Shown here in pieces: positions 29,196-39,920 of a stretch of 64,000 bases of DNA (position 1 is its first letter; each line of letters opens with the position of its first letter). The position numbers and the translations under genes were made by a program. The DNA lies in NCBI GenBank assembly GCA_963555755.3, contig OY820905.2, positions 256,001-320,000 of the forward strand, in the 5' to 3' direction. The notes under the pieces are model-generated. The model did not search any database. It saw only the letters and a list, made by a program, of their open reading frames with translations, and was not told the DNA's origin. The DNA is from Nitrospirales bacterium. Its GTDB lineage: Bacteria; Nitrospirota; Nitrospiria; Nitrospirales; UBA8639.

Positions 29196-30176
29196 ATGAA
29201 ATGTCTACCAACATACTTATTCGTTATTTTTTGTAGCATGTGTTTAGGAGGTTATTCTGGATGCGCCACGGAATGGACCGGTCAATTTAAGACCCCGGAT
29301 GGGAATTACGAGCAAATCCTCGAAAAGCAAAAGGCTGGCATTGAGCAACAAGAGCCTCTTAGTACTTTGCCAGATATGACGGTTGAAGACCATGAGAAGC
29401 TTGGGGATGCCCATATGCGGCAGGGCCGATTCGGATTGGCCGTGGCGCAATACGGACAGGTGTTGGCAAAGGAGCCAGAACGGACACGCATTCGGTATAA
29501 GATGGCGATCTTGTTGCTCCAGAATGGGCAAGCCAAAGAGGCCTCTAAGCATTTCCAAAAGATTCTTGACCAGGATGATCAGTTCGCTTTGGCCTATGAA
29601 GGCCAGGGGCAGGCCCTGTTAATCCAAGGGGATTTATTTGGTGCCGATCAAGCCTTCCGGAATGCCCTTAACGTGAACCCCAAACTTTGGCGTTCCCACA
29701 ATTACTTGGGAATTATGGCCGACCGACGCCATCTTCATCTGTCGGCCATTGAGGCGTACAAAGCGGCATTGGCCATCCAACCACGAGAAGGGGCGGTCTT
29801 AAATAACTTGGGGATGGCCCATTATATGAATCGGCACTATCGTCAAGCGGCAAGAACCTTTTACCAGGCCATGCAGGCAGGCATTGACTCGCCCAAGGTT
29901 GCAAATAATTTGGGCTTGGCTCTGGCAAAGCTCGGCCGTTTTCCCCAAGCCTTTGATGCATTTAAAAAAAGTACGAATCAGGCCAAGGCCTATAATAATG
30001 TTGGGATTGCGCTCCTTGAAGCAGGGCAGCCACGGCGTGCGATGTCGTGTTTTAAAAAAGCCATTGATTTGGAACCGACGTATTATGAAAAAGCCAAAGA
30101 CAATCTCGATCAAGCGAAACGGGCTGCGAGCCAGGTAGGTAGAAAATCGTCATCCAAAAGGACTCCCTGTCTGTAA
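29196..30176 (+). CDS. tadD: TadD-like TPR lipoprotein
   Basis: Lipobox YSGC, multiple TPRs (NYLG, NNLG, NNVG); last gene of tad cluster. Confidence 0.85.
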   Translation: MKCLPTYLFVIFCSMCLGGYSGCATEWTGQFKTPDGNYEQILEKQKAGIEQQEPLSTLPDMTVEDHEKLGDAHMRQGRFGLAVAQYGQVLAKEPERTRIRYKMAILLLQNGQAKEASKHFQKILDQDDQFALAYEGQGQALLIQGDLFGADQAFRNALNVNPKLWRSHNYLGIMADRRHLHLSAIEAYKAALAIQPREGAVLNNLGMAHYMNRHYRQAARTFYQAMQAGIDSPKVANNLGLALAKLGRFPQAFDAFKKSTNQAKAYNNVGIALLEAGQPRRAMSCFKKAIDLEPTYYEKAKDNLDQAKRAASQVGRKSSSKRTPCL

Positions 30177-30222
30177 TTAAGGGGAATTGTGCGACGGTGG
30201 GCACGTGTTCTCGGCCATGAAC

Positions 30223-30543
30223 TTATTTTTTCTTCTTTGATTGTTTCGCGACGATAGAAAATCGTGGTGATGTGATCCCTTCACTCCGACAGCGTGGGCA
30301 ACGGCTTGGTCTTTTCAGGCGAGTTCGATTCCGAAACGCATACCCGCAATCCTGACATTCTGGTTCTTCCATGACAAATTGTTGTGACGTGCTGCGTTCA
30401 AGTGAACGCATAATATGAGCCAGGTGGTCTTCCACCAGTCGTTCGGCCAGGTGAACTTGGCCGGCCAGATCCCGAGCAGTACACGCATGCCGGGTGAGCA
30501 AGTCCATGAGTTGTTGACGGGTGGTTAATGGGGCAGGGTTCAT
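30223..30543 (-). CDS. HTH plus Zn-ribbon transcriptional regulator
   Basis: TTRQQL...EDHLAHI...CQDCGYAF...PSRCPRCRSE. Confidence 0.85.
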   Translation of the reverse strand: MNPAPLTTRQQLMDLLTRHACTARDLAGQVHLAERLVEDHLAHIMRSLERSTSQQFVMEEPECQDCGYAFRNRTRLKRPSRCPRCRSEGITSPRFSIVAKQSKKKK

Positions 30544-30558
30544 CTAAAATTTATTTCG

Positions 30559-31098
30559 TTAAAATTGTTTCCGCCCGGCATCAAGTTTCTTGGCCTCTTC
30601 GTCGCGATTCATGAGCTTCAATAAGAAAGAATAATCTTCCAGAATCGGTAGAATTTTGGGATGATCCATTCCAAAGGCATTTTCCAGAATTTTTTGCGCC
30701 TATTTTACGAGGGGCTCCGCTTTTTGATATTCATGTTTGGCTTCATACAGTCAGGCGCGACCTGTGAGACTCGTGGCCATTTCAGGATGCTCAGCTCCAA
30801 CGAATTTTACCCAGATGGGTATGGCCCGCCAGAAATACGGTTCGCCTTTCGTGAAGTCCTTTTGCCTGCGATACACTTTCCCCAGTTGATACAAGACCGA
30901 CGCGAGCCGCCTGTCTGGCTCTCCCAAAATTTCTGCCAGGGGCAGGGCTTTAAGCAACTCGCCTTCCGCATAATCGTATTCACTATGCTTGATGGCTTCT
31001 CGAACCTCTCGCATGGATCTATCCCACGCTGATTCGTTGTCGCACCCATGTCAAGCCCAGAAGGGAAAAATCAGACAAAGAAACAAGGAACGTCCCAT
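30559..31098 (-). pseudogene. TPR lipoprotein pseudogene
   Basis: One frame of 180 codons with signal peptide and TPR/HP repeats, broken by stops at 31051, 30751 and 30700. Confidence 0.8.
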
Positions 31099-31286
31099 AG
31101 TTTTTGGTATGGTAAAAAATTTTGGTGGCTCCAGACAAACTCAGATTAGCACCTCAGCGTGGTGCAAGGGTTTTTGCCTTTTTCCTGGACATTACGCTGT
31201 GTCCATTGTAGCCTTGATTGGTTAAGAGTATTTATTCTTATTACGTTCGAAATTTCCATAAAATTGAGTTTTCAGGTATCCCACTC

Positions 31287-32660
31287 ATGAGTCTTATTTC
31301 TCAAATTGAAAATTTTCTGCGGCGGGGCTTATGGCTTCCCGATTTGGGTACCCTTCGAGGCTGGGCGTCATTTTACATTCGGACCCTTCGCCTTGTTGTC
31401 GTGGCTTTTTCAGACTTCCGTGACGGAGCGTTGAGTATTCGTGCGACAAGTCTGGTGTCCACCACTCTGTTATCCCTTGTCCCATTTTTGGCCGTGACGT
31501 TTTCCGTGCTGAAGGCTTTTGGAGTCCATCAGCAAATCGAGCCCATCCTTGCACAGGGCCTGGAACCCTTAGGCGAAAAAGGCGCGGAAATTTCCGCGCG
31601 CATTATTGAGTTTGTGAATAACCTTAAAGTTGGTGCCTTGGGCGCAGTTGGTGTCGCCGGGTTGTTTTATACCACGTATTCGCTGATCGATAAAATCGAA
31701 GAAGCGCTCAATCACATATGGCGCGTCCGGCACTCGCGTCCTCTCGCAAGGAAGTTTACGGACTATTTGAGTGTGGTACTCGTTGGTCCTGTGCTCATCT
31801 TTACCGTTTTTGCCTCGACGGCCTCGGCGCAAAGTCATTGGCTAGTCCAATGGATTTTGAAAATTGAGCCACTGGGTACCGCGTTAGGGTGGGCGACGAC
31901 CCTCATGCCTTTTGCTTTGCTTTGTGTGGGATTTAGTCTTCTCTACAAATTTGTCCCAAACACGCAAGTCCAAATTTCTTCAGCTTTTGTTGGAGGAGTG
32001 ACGGCCGGAATTCTCTGGCAATTTGCGGGTATGATCTTTGCCTCATTCGTTTCGGGATCGGTGCGGTATAGCGCGGTGTACTCAAGTTTTGCCATCCTGA
32101 TTATTTTTCTCATTTGGGTGTATGTCGGATGGCTCATTGTCTTAACTGGGGCTCAGGTTGCGTATTATCATCAACACCCCTCGGCTTATTTGACCAGGTT
32201 ACGGTGGAAGCAAAATACTGCGGCGTTTCGTGAGCACCTCGCACTGACCATGTTAGTCCATATGACCCGTCGATATTTGGGTCATGAGCCACCCTATCAG
32301 GAACAGGAATTGGCTACTAAACTTGGGGTGCCACTCTCCGCGCTGGAAGACATCGTGGAGGATTTCATCGATCACGGATTGGTCTATCGCACGGTGGAAC
32401 CCAAGGGCATGATGTTGGGACGACCGCCCGATCAAGTATTCGTGTTAGAAATTCTCCAATTGGTGTGTCACAGGGAATATCCTCCGGTGGAACGTGATCA
32501 AAACACGATTGACCCTGTCGGTACGCTGTTGCAACAGCGCGATCAAGTTGTCCGCGATACGCTCAATGGGATGACCCTTCAAATGCTTTCTGCTGAAGAA
32601 CCGGCCGAGTTGGCGATTCCCCAGCCATCTTCCCTCTTACTTGACCAAACAGTCTCGTAA
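31287..32660 (+). CDS. YihY/BrkB-family membrane protein with C-terminal HTH
   Basis: TLLSLVPFLAV, IEEALNHIW, LYKFVPNT, YSSFAILIIFLIWVY. Confidence 0.9.
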   Translation: MSLISQIENFLRRGLWLPDLGTLRGWASFYIRTLRLVVVAFSDFRDGALSIRATSLVSTTLLSLVPFLAVTFSVLKAFGVHQQIEPILAQGLEPLGEKGAEISARIIEFVNNLKVGALGAVGVAGLFYTTYSLIDKIEEALNHIWRVRHSRPLARKFTDYLSVVLVGPVLIFTVFASTASAQSHWLVQWILKIEPLGTALGWATTLMPFALLCVGFSLLYKFVPNTQVQISSAFVGGVTAGILWQFAGMIFASFVSGSVRYSAVYSSFAILIIFLIWVYVGWLIVLTGAQVAYYHQHPSAYLTRLRWKQNTAAFREHLALTMLVHMTRRYLGHEPPYQEQELATKLGVPLSALEDIVEDFIDHGLVYRTVEPKGMMLGRPPDQVFVLEILQLVCHREYPPVERDQNTIDPVGTLLQQRDQVVRDTLNGMTLQMLSAEEPAELAIPQPSSLLLDQTVS

Positions 32661-32850
32661 GCTTGCCATTGAGTTCCCTGTATGTATAAAGGAGCCTGAT
32701 GATGAAACTGAACCCTCTGACGGTTGACCCCATTATTCGAGCCACATATGGAAACAGCATGCGGCGGTGGGGGAGAGGGGACTATCAGCCGACTTCAAGA
32801 TCGTCACAAGAACCCAAGTGGTGTGTCGTGATGGCTCGGATTAGTTTCTC

Positions 32851-33762
32851 ATGAACTTGCACAAAAAGATTTGTGTAGGCCTTGTCCAACTCGCCTGTTC
32901 ACCTGAATCACAAGAAAACCTTGATCGGGCTGTGGGCAAGATCGAGGAAGCAGCTCGAGGTGGGGCAACACTTATTTGCCTTCCGGAGTTATTTCTGTCC
33001 CAATATTTTTGCCAAAAAGAAGAAACCGCGTTCTTTGATTTGGCAGAACCTGTGCCTGGGCCTTCCACTGATGCCTTAAGCAAGATTGCCAAGCAGAATA
33101 AGGTCGTCATTATTGTACCGATTTTTGAACGGCGAACGGCTGGAATTTATCATAACTCGATGGTCGTGCTTGATCGCGATGGATCAATGGCAGGTCTCTA
33201 TCGCAAGATGCACATTCCCGACGATCCGGCCTACTATGAGAAGTTTTATTTCACTCCAGGGGATAAAGGGTTTCAGGCGATTCAAACGAGTGTGGGGAAA
33301 ATCGGAACGTTGATTTGTTGGGATCAATGGTTTCCCGAAGCTGCTCGGTTGACCACGCTTCAAGGTGCGGAGATGTTGTTCTATCCGACAGCGATTGGCT
33401 GGCATCCTTCAGAAAAATCGCAAGAGGGCGCGACACAACGTGAGGCGTGGCAAACGATTCAACGCAGCCATGCCATTGCCAATGGCGTGTTTGTTTCCGC
33501 GGTGAATCGTGTTGGGTATGAAAAACCCGAGGACGGCGAGGAGGGCATTGAATTTTGGGGAAGCTCGTTTATTTGTGATCCATTTGGAAGTGTCTTAGCC
33601 GAAGCGTCAACAGATAAAGAGGAAGTGTTGCTTGCGGAGATAGACCTTGGCCGAGTGGAAAAGGTCCGCCGCCATTGGCCCTTCCTCCGCGATCGTCGGG
33701 TCGATGCGTATGGAGGCATCACCAAACGATTCTTAGATGAAGACGATAATGGGGAGTGTTAA
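32851..33762 (+). CDS. aguB: N-carbamoylputrescine amidase (carbon-nitrogen hydrolase)
   Basis: LPELF, YRKMHIPDDP.YYEKFYF, ICWDQWFPE; clustered with agmatine deiminase. Confidence 0.92.
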   Translation: MNLHKKICVGLVQLACSPESQENLDRAVGKIEEAARGGATLICLPELFLSQYFCQKEETAFFDLAEPVPGPSTDALSKIAKQNKVVIIVPIFERRTAGIYHNSMVVLDRDGSMAGLYRKMHIPDDPAYYEKFYFTPGDKGFQAIQTSVGKIGTLICWDQWFPEAARLTTLQGAEMLFYPTAIGWHPSEKSQEGATQREAWQTIQRSHAIANGVFVSAVNRVGYEKPEDGEEGIEFWGSSFICDPFGSVLAEASTDKEEVLLAEIDLGRVEKVRRHWPFLRDRRVDAYGGITKRFLDEDDNGEC

Positions 33763-33779
33763 GAAGGAAAAGGGTTAAC

Positions 33780-34889
33780 CCCTCACCCCAACCCTCTCCC
33801 CACAAGGGCGAGGGAGTGAAAAAGTCTGGCCATAATTTGTGATCCATGTGAAACGTCATTCTGATCCCCTCGCCCCCTTGGAGGGGGAGAGGGTAGGGTG
33901 AGGGGGAAGTTTGAAGAAGCCACTTTCACCGACACGCAATCTAGCCAAAGGCATGCGCCGGCGTCCGACAGATGCTGAAGGAGTATTGTGGCGAAAATTG
34001 CGAGATCGCCAGCTAGGCGGAGTTAAGTTTCGTCGGCAACATCCAGTAGGGCCTTATATCGTCGATTTTTATTGTCCTGAGCGAAGTCTTGTCGTAGAAG
34101 TTGATGGTGGACAACATGTAGAGAACCAAGAGGCCGATGAACGGCGTACAAAAGAATTAGAGAAATTAGGATATCACGTTCTTCGATATTGGAATCATGA
34201 GGTTTTGAAGCTCACTGAAGCAGTCCTTGAGAAAATTCTTCAAGAAATAGAAATCCCTCACCCTAACCCTCTCCCTTCGAGGGAGAGGGAATCGGGAAAA
34301 TCAAATAGTTCTGATACTCAAGGCCAGATCATTCTCAGTACCTCTACTCACAAATATATATCAAGTGGGGAGTCAATTCCTCACCCTAGCCTTCTCCCTT
34401 CGAGGGCGAGGGAGTGAAAAAGTCTGGCCATAATTTGTGATCCATGTGAAACGTCATTCTGATCCCCTCGCCCCCTTGGAGGGGGAGAGGGTAGGGTGAG
34501 GGGGAAGTTTGAAGAAGCCACTTTCACCGACACGCAATCTAGCCAAAGGCACGCGCCGGCGTCCGACAGATGCTGAAGGAGTATTGTGGCAAAAATTGCG
34601 AGATCGCCAGCTAGGCGGAGTTAAGTTTCGTCGGCAACATCCAGTAGGGCCTTATATCGTCGATTTTTATTGTCCTGAGCGAAGTCTTGTCGTAGAAGTT
34701 GATGATGGACAACATACAAAGAACCAAGAGCCCGATGAACGGCGTACAAAAGAATTAGAGAAATTAGGATATCACGTTCTTCGATATTGGAATCATGAGG
34801 TTTTGAATCTTACTGACGCTGTCCTTGGGAAAATTCTTCAAGAAATAGAAATCCCTCACCCTTGCCCTCTCCCTTCGAGGGCGAGGGTA
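33780..34889. repeat. Tandem 598-bp duplication bounded by CCCTCACCC..CCCTCTCCC..GGGAGAGGG hairpins (BoxC/REP-like)
   Basis: 33811 onward repeats at 34409; hairpins at about 33780, 33865, 34255, 34378, 34463, 34853. Confidence 0.9.
33911..34417 (+). CDS. DUF559 (Vsr-like) endonuclease domain protein, copy 1
   Basis: TDAE..LW..LR.RQLGGVKFRRQHPVGPYIVDFYC...EVDGGQH. Confidence 0.92.
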   Translation: MKKPLSPTRNLAKGMRRRPTDAEGVLWRKLRDRQLGGVKFRRQHPVGPYIVDFYCPERSLVVEVDGGQHVENQEADERRTKELEKLGYHVLRYWNHEVLKLTEAVLEKILQEIEIPHPNPLPSRERESGKSNSSDTQGQIILSTSTHKYISSGESIPHPSLLPSRARE

Positions 34890-34928
34890 AAGAAAAATCC
34901 TGGGATTGGAATTGGGTCTTCCAGCCGA
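34509..34928 (+). CDS. DUF559 copy 2, open in frame into aguA
   Basis: Near-identical to copy 1, EVDDGQH variant; no stop before aguA. Confidence 0.75.
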
Positions 34929-35993
34929 ATGCCTTCGTTTTTGGGGTGGAGAATGCCGGCGGAGTGGGAGTTGCATGAGGCCACGTGGTTGGGGTGGCCG
35001 CATAATGCTTCGGATTGGCCCGGGAAATTGGCGGCCATCCATTGGGTGTATGCGGAGATTGTTCGGAAGTTGGCGGATGGAGAAAAGGTCCGAATTCTTG
35101 TCAATTCGAAAGTTCATGAAGATCGGGCCAAGCGCTTTCTTCGCCGGGCTCGCACCAATTTAGGCAAGGTTGAGTTTTTTCGCATTCCCACGAACCGCGG
35201 ATGGACCCGCGACTTTGGTCCCATTTTTGTTAAGCAGGATCCGCCAAATTCTGAAACCGCCATCGCTCGGTTTCGATTCAATGGTTGGGCTCGCTATCCC
35301 GATTGGAAAAAAGACAATCAGGTTCCAGTTCGCGTGTCGAAGCGTTTGAATTGTAAATTATTGCCGATCCCATTCCAGGGAAGGGAAGTGGTACTTGAAG
35401 GAGGGTGTATCGACGTCAATGGCACCGGCACACTACTCACCACTGATGAGTGCTTGCTTGATGCTCATATCCAAGTGCGTAATCCTGGCATAAGTCGAGA
35501 TGATTATGAAATGATATTCGGCCAATCATTTGGCGCGACCAATGTGGTGTGGTTGAACAAAGGCATTGCGGGTGATGACACACATGGGCATGTTGATGAC
35601 ATCTGTCGATTTGTCGATCAACACACTGTCGTGCTGTGCCAAGAGCGCAATATCCACGACGAGAACTACCGGTCATTAGCCGAAAATCGAGAACGTCTTG
35701 ATAGTGCCCGATTGGAAGATGGGGCGAAAATTGAAATCATCCCGTTGCCCATGCCCAGTCCGTTATGGTTCGATGGCCGTCGATTGCCCGCGAGTTATGC
35801 CAATTTTTACATTGCCAATGCGGCGGTACTCGTACCCACTTTTAATGATCCTCATGATCGACTGGCTCTGGGAATTTTGAGTGACCTTTTCCGGGATCGC
35901 CCTGTTGTTGGGATCCATGCCGTCGATTTAGTGTGGGGGTTTGGCACCATTCACTGTTTGACTCAACAGCAACCTTCTCTACGCCCTAGGTAA
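34929..35993 (+). CDS. aguA: Agmatine deiminase
   Basis: RMPAEWE, WTRDFGP, VLEGG.ID, DDTHGHVDD, ASYANF, GTIHCLTQQQP. Confidence 0.95.
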   Translation: MPSFLGWRMPAEWELHEATWLGWPHNASDWPGKLAAIHWVYAEIVRKLADGEKVRILVNSKVHEDRAKRFLRRARTNLGKVEFFRIPTNRGWTRDFGPIFVKQDPPNSETAIARFRFNGWARYPDWKKDNQVPVRVSKRLNCKLLPIPFQGREVVLEGGCIDVNGTGTLLTTDECLLDAHIQVRNPGISRDDYEMIFGQSFGATNVVWLNKGIAGDDTHGHVDDICRFVDQHTVVLCQERNIHDENYRSLAENRERLDSARLEDGAKIEIIPLPMPSPLWFDGRRLPASYANFYIANAAVLVPTFNDPHDRLALGILSDLFRDRPVVGIHAVDLVWGFGTIHCLTQQQPSLRPR

Positions 35994-36010
35994 CCTTTCG
36001 TTTACGCCCC

Positions 36011-36949
36011 ATGTCGCCTAGCCAATCATTTGTCCTTCCTGTACCACTTCGACTCGGGTGGATTGGCACAGGTGTGATGGGTGCGGCGATGTGCGGACAC
36101 TTACTGGAGAAACAGTATCCTATCACCGTCTATTCGCGAACACGTCAAAAAGCCGAAGGCTTGCTTGAACAAGGTGCTCAGTGGGGAGAATCTCCCGCAC
36201 ATGTCGTGGAACAGGCTGATGTGGTATTTACCATGGTTGGGTTTCCGCACGATGTTCGTGAGGTGTATTTCCGTGAATCCGGTCTTCTGAATCACCTTCG
36301 ATCTGATATGGTGTTGATCGACATGACGACGTCGCCTCCCAGCCTTGCTGTCGAAATTCATGATGCGTGCCAGACGAGGGATGCTCACTGTATTGATGCT
36401 CCGGTATCCGGTGGTAATGTGGGTGCGCAGCAGGCAACCTTGTCAATCATGATAGGGGGTGAATCGGACATTGCCGCAGCGGTTCGTCCACTGTTTGAAA
36501 TCATGGGTAAAACAATTATCCATCAAGGTCGAGCCGGTGCTGGGCAACATGCGAAATTGTGCAATCAGATCACCATTGCCGGGACGATGGTTGGTGTGTG
36601 CGAGTCCTTGTTGTATGGGTATCGAGCCGGCTTGGATTTGGAGACAATGCTTCAGTCCATTCGAGGTGGCGCAGCCGCCTGCTGGACGCTGGATAATTTA
36701 GCTCCACAAATTCTGCAGAGAAATTTCAACCCTGGCTTCTTTGTCGAACATTTTGTGAAAGACATGGGATTGGCGCTGGAAGAAGCCAAGCGAATGGGGC
36801 TGGTCCTTCCAGGATTAGCGCTGGTGCACCAGTTATACCTGATCGTGCAAGCCTATGGGCATGGTCGAGCCGGGACGCATGCTCTGATGTTGGCTCTCGA
36901 ACAGTTGTCGAATATCCATCTAACGAAGAAGGTTGATTCCCCGAGCTAA
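36011..36949 (+). CDS. NAD(P)-dependent beta-hydroxyacid dehydrogenase
   Basis: GWIGTGVMG, DAPVSGG, GAGQHAKLCNQ, FVKDMGLA. Confidence 0.92.
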   Translation: MSPSQSFVLPVPLRLGWIGTGVMGAAMCGHLLEKQYPITVYSRTRQKAEGLLEQGAQWGESPAHVVEQADVVFTMVGFPHDVREVYFRESGLLNHLRSDMVLIDMTTSPPSLAVEIHDACQTRDAHCIDAPVSGGNVGAQQATLSIMIGGESDIAAAVRPLFEIMGKTIIHQGRAGAGQHAKLCNQITIAGTMVGVCESLLYGYRAGLDLETMLQSIRGGAAACWTLDNLAPQILQRNFNPGFFVEHFVKDMGLALEEAKRMGLVLPGLALVHQLYLIVQAYGHGRAGTHALMLALEQLSNIHLTKKVDSPS

Positions 36950-36975
36950 GAAATTTTCGGTTTTCACTGCTCTTC

Positions 36976-38730
36976 ATGCCTACCTTTGATGATTTGCGAA
37001 ATACATTAGCCCGTATCGATGGACGAGGGTATAAGGCCTATAAGGATCTTGCCGGGGCTTTTGTCCATACCCACTGTACTGTGTGTATTGATCATGTGCA
37101 GGGAGATCCCTTTGCTGCTCCTTCCAAGATTCGCGTTCGTGTTCCATCCACGGTTGCTAAGATTCCTCCCGATCTTTTTTCGAATAAGACCCGGCGCATT
37201 GCGTTGCAAGATTTTTTGATACGAACCGTAGACGAGTCCATACGTGTGATCTGTCAAGGGCATCGAGGTATTGGAAAAAGTGGCCTCATATCGATCGATG
37301 TGGGTGGCCAAGAGGTGTTGGAACGAACCGCGATGGTGGTGACAGAACAGTGGATTGAAGCGAGGATGGAAGTTGGTTTGCCTGCCCAGGGCCGGACAGT
37401 TCTGGGTCGCCAGGCTGAAGCCATGTTGTGTCAGGAGTTGCCACACATCGTTACTAAAAGTATGAAGTGGGACGCTCTGGATCAACAACGAGCAAGGGCT
37501 TTCGTGGATTGCGTGGAAAATCAGGAGGCTATCCGAGAACAACTTGACTCCCTGGGTCTCATTGCATTTGTGGCTGATGATTCACTATTAGCACGTGCCA
37601 GCGGTGCTTCAGATCGACCGCTGGAAGGTAGTCGTGCCCACGCCTTTCTGTCCCCTGACTCTCTTCGAGTGAGGATTCCCCTCCCTCATGTTGTTGAACA
37701 ACAAGGCCAATCCACCCAGAAGTTGAGGGGATTGGGCATTCCCAAGGGCGTCACCCTTATTGTAGGAGGAGGCTATCATGGAAAGTCTACGCTGCTGCGT
37801 GCCTTGGAACGTGGGGTATATCCGCACATTCCTGGTGATGGGCGGGAATATGTGGTCACGGTGAGTCATGCGGTGAAAACGCGGGCAGAAGATGGACGAC
37901 GCATTGAACAGGTGGATATCAGTGGGTTCATCACGAATCTTCCTTTTGGTCAGGACACTACCCATTTTTCGACTGATAATGCGAGTGGCAGCACCAGTCA
38001 AGCGGCGACCATTCTTGAAGCGATCGAAGTGAATGCCACGGTTCTGTTGTTGGATGAAGATACCTCCGCGACCAATTTCATGGTGCGTGATGCGCGGATG
38101 CAAGCGTTAGTCCCAAAAACCCATGAACCTATTACGCCGTTTATTGATCGGATTCGGGAACTGTATGATCAGCATGGCGTCTCGACGATTCTGGTCATGG
38201 GTGGATGTGGTGATTATTTCGATGTCGCCGATACCGTGATCATGATGCGAGAGTTTCAGCCGGTGACCATGACAGCAGAAGCTCATCGGATAGCGAATGA
38301 ACAAAAAACCCAACGTCGTATGGAAGTGGTGTCGCTTTTTGCTTCCGTTCGTTCACGAATGATCCACATGGATAGCGTGGACTCCTCATCAGGGAAACGC
38401 GATACGAAGATAGATGCCAAGGCTCTGCATCATGTGGCCTTTGGTCATGATGCTATAGATTTGAGTGGTGTGGAACAGTTGGTGGATGTGAGTCAAACGC
38501 GAGCGGTTGGATATGCCATTCAGTTACTTGTGCAACGAACAACACGTTCTCGATTTCGTATCGCAGATGCTGTTGCCATGGTGGATGAGATTTTTACTCA
38601 AGAAGGGTTGGATTGCCTAGATCCGTATTACAAGCCGGGGCACCATCCTGGAAATTTTGCGCGACCCCGCCCTTATGAAATTGCCGCGGCGATTAATCGT
38701 CTGCGGAGTGTTCGTCTCTCCCAAGAATAA
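36976..38730 (+). CDS. ABC-class ATPase domain protein (COG3044-like)
   Basis: HVQGDPFAAPS, GGGYHGKSTLL, ASGSTSQAA, LLDEDTSATNFM. Confidence 0.9.
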   Translation: MPTFDDLRNTLARIDGRGYKAYKDLAGAFVHTHCTVCIDHVQGDPFAAPSKIRVRVPSTVAKIPPDLFSNKTRRIALQDFLIRTVDESIRVICQGHRGIGKSGLISIDVGGQEVLERTAMVVTEQWIEARMEVGLPAQGRTVLGRQAEAMLCQELPHIVTKSMKWDALDQQRARAFVDCVENQEAIREQLDSLGLIAFVADDSLLARASGASDRPLEGSRAHAFLSPDSLRVRIPLPHVVEQQGQSTQKLRGLGIPKGVTLIVGGGYHGKSTLLRALERGVYPHIPGDGREYVVTVSHAVKTRAEDGRRIEQVDISGFITNLPFGQDTTHFSTDNASGSTSQAATILEAIEVNATVLLLDEDTSATNFMVRDARMQALVPKTHEPITPFIDRIRELYDQHGVSTILVMGGCGDYFDVADTVIMMREFQPVTMTAEAHRIANEQKTQRRMEVVSLFASVRSRMIHMDSVDSSSGKRDTKIDAKALHHVAFGHDAIDLSGVEQLVDVSQTRAVGYAIQLLVQRTTRSRFRIADAVAMVDEIFTQEGLDCLDPYYKPGHHPGNFARPRPYEIAAAINRLRSVRLSQE

Positions 38731-39157
38731 TCCTAGAAACCGCAGTTGGATCACAAAAGTCCGCGCAAGCTCTCAGGGTCCGTCACGAAATAACCGGGAC
38801 AATTGGCCGAGACGATTTTGGAGCGAGCCAAGGAGCGAAGAGCGCGCATACCGGGAGTATGGAAGCGATGAGCGACGCCGGCGGAGCCCAAAAGCGTCCG
38901 GCCCTCCGGGGAGGCCCATCTTTGGCCCGGGGCGGCGTTGCTCCTCGGTCACAGAGCCCCGCTCTGCTCCCTCGTCGCGCCTTGCCCCGATCACAAATCT
39001 GGGCCTCCCAATTGTCCCGGTTATTTCGTGACGGACCCTAAGCTCGCCTGGCAAAATAAAAAAATGTCTCTTCACCAGGTGACCACGACTTTTTGTATTT
39101 CATCATGCACGCCAATATCTTACACGTCTTTTTTACGCCCAACCGCCGTTTCTATGA
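38731..39157. mobile_element. MITE family C interrupted by MITE family D (38776-39038)
   Basis: Family C halves flank an element with IR GGGTCCGTCACGAAATAACCGGGACAATTG. Confidence 0.85.
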
Positions 39158-39667
39158 TAATTACGCCGCTTCCTCAGCCGCGACGCCCCAAAAGAGGAGT
39201 AGAGCGCCCAGGCATTTTTTCTCAGACAGGCTCAAAGGTGATTGGGTCCGTAGGCGTGTATCAGATAGGACAATGAGGCGGGCCGTACAATCGTAACGGT
39301 AGGTGTCTCATGAGAGTTTTGGGGAATACAACGTTCAGATCCCTGAAATTTCTAGAACTCCACCTTTGTCGACACTTCAACTCCCAATACAGAAAGGCCC
39401 CGTACGATCGTGAAGGTTTCGATGGTCATCGCTTTGCGGATGAATGTCCTGTACATGATTCATGAGAGGACCCTCTACGCAGCAGCGTGACGAAATCACG
39501 CTGCTGCGTGGGCTGTGCCACGAGGGGGCACCGGGGCGGGTGGCGCCTCGTGGAAAAATTTTCCCTCTAAGGCTTCTTAAATTTGGGCCTTATTCTTTTC
39601 ACCAATTTGCGGTTTTTCCTCATACTTTCCTTATCGGTTTGTAGGCAGAAACCTTCCAACATATTCA

Positions 39668-39808
39668 GGGCACCTCTAAAAACCGTCCTTTTCCGTGATG
39701 GCGGCGTCAGCCGCGTGCTCAAATCCTCATGTATTCGCCCATACACTCCGGTTTTCCGCGCGCGGCTTCCTTGCCCTCACAAAAAATGCCTGGTTTTTAG
39801 AGGTGCCC
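39668..39808. mobile_element. MITE family E
   Basis: IR GGGCACCTCTAAAAAC; 4-bp duplication TTCA; inverted copy 47802-47942 with TTAA. Confidence 0.88.
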
Positions 39809-39920
39809 TTCAGTTGATTGGCGATGGTATCGGTTCCAGGAACCTGGTAAAAGTTGAAGAAACTTGGTCAAGGTATTGGCTGCGATCAAGCTGAGAAAAA
39901 TTCAGAAAGGTGGGAACCTA

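Noticed and set aside
30559..31098. Stop-codon reassignment
   Set aside because: TGA and TAG terminate many normal genes in this window
39160..39660. Weak internal repeats (CCGTACAATCGT / CCGTACGATCGT, TCATGAGAG)
   Set aside because: Too short and irregular to support a feature
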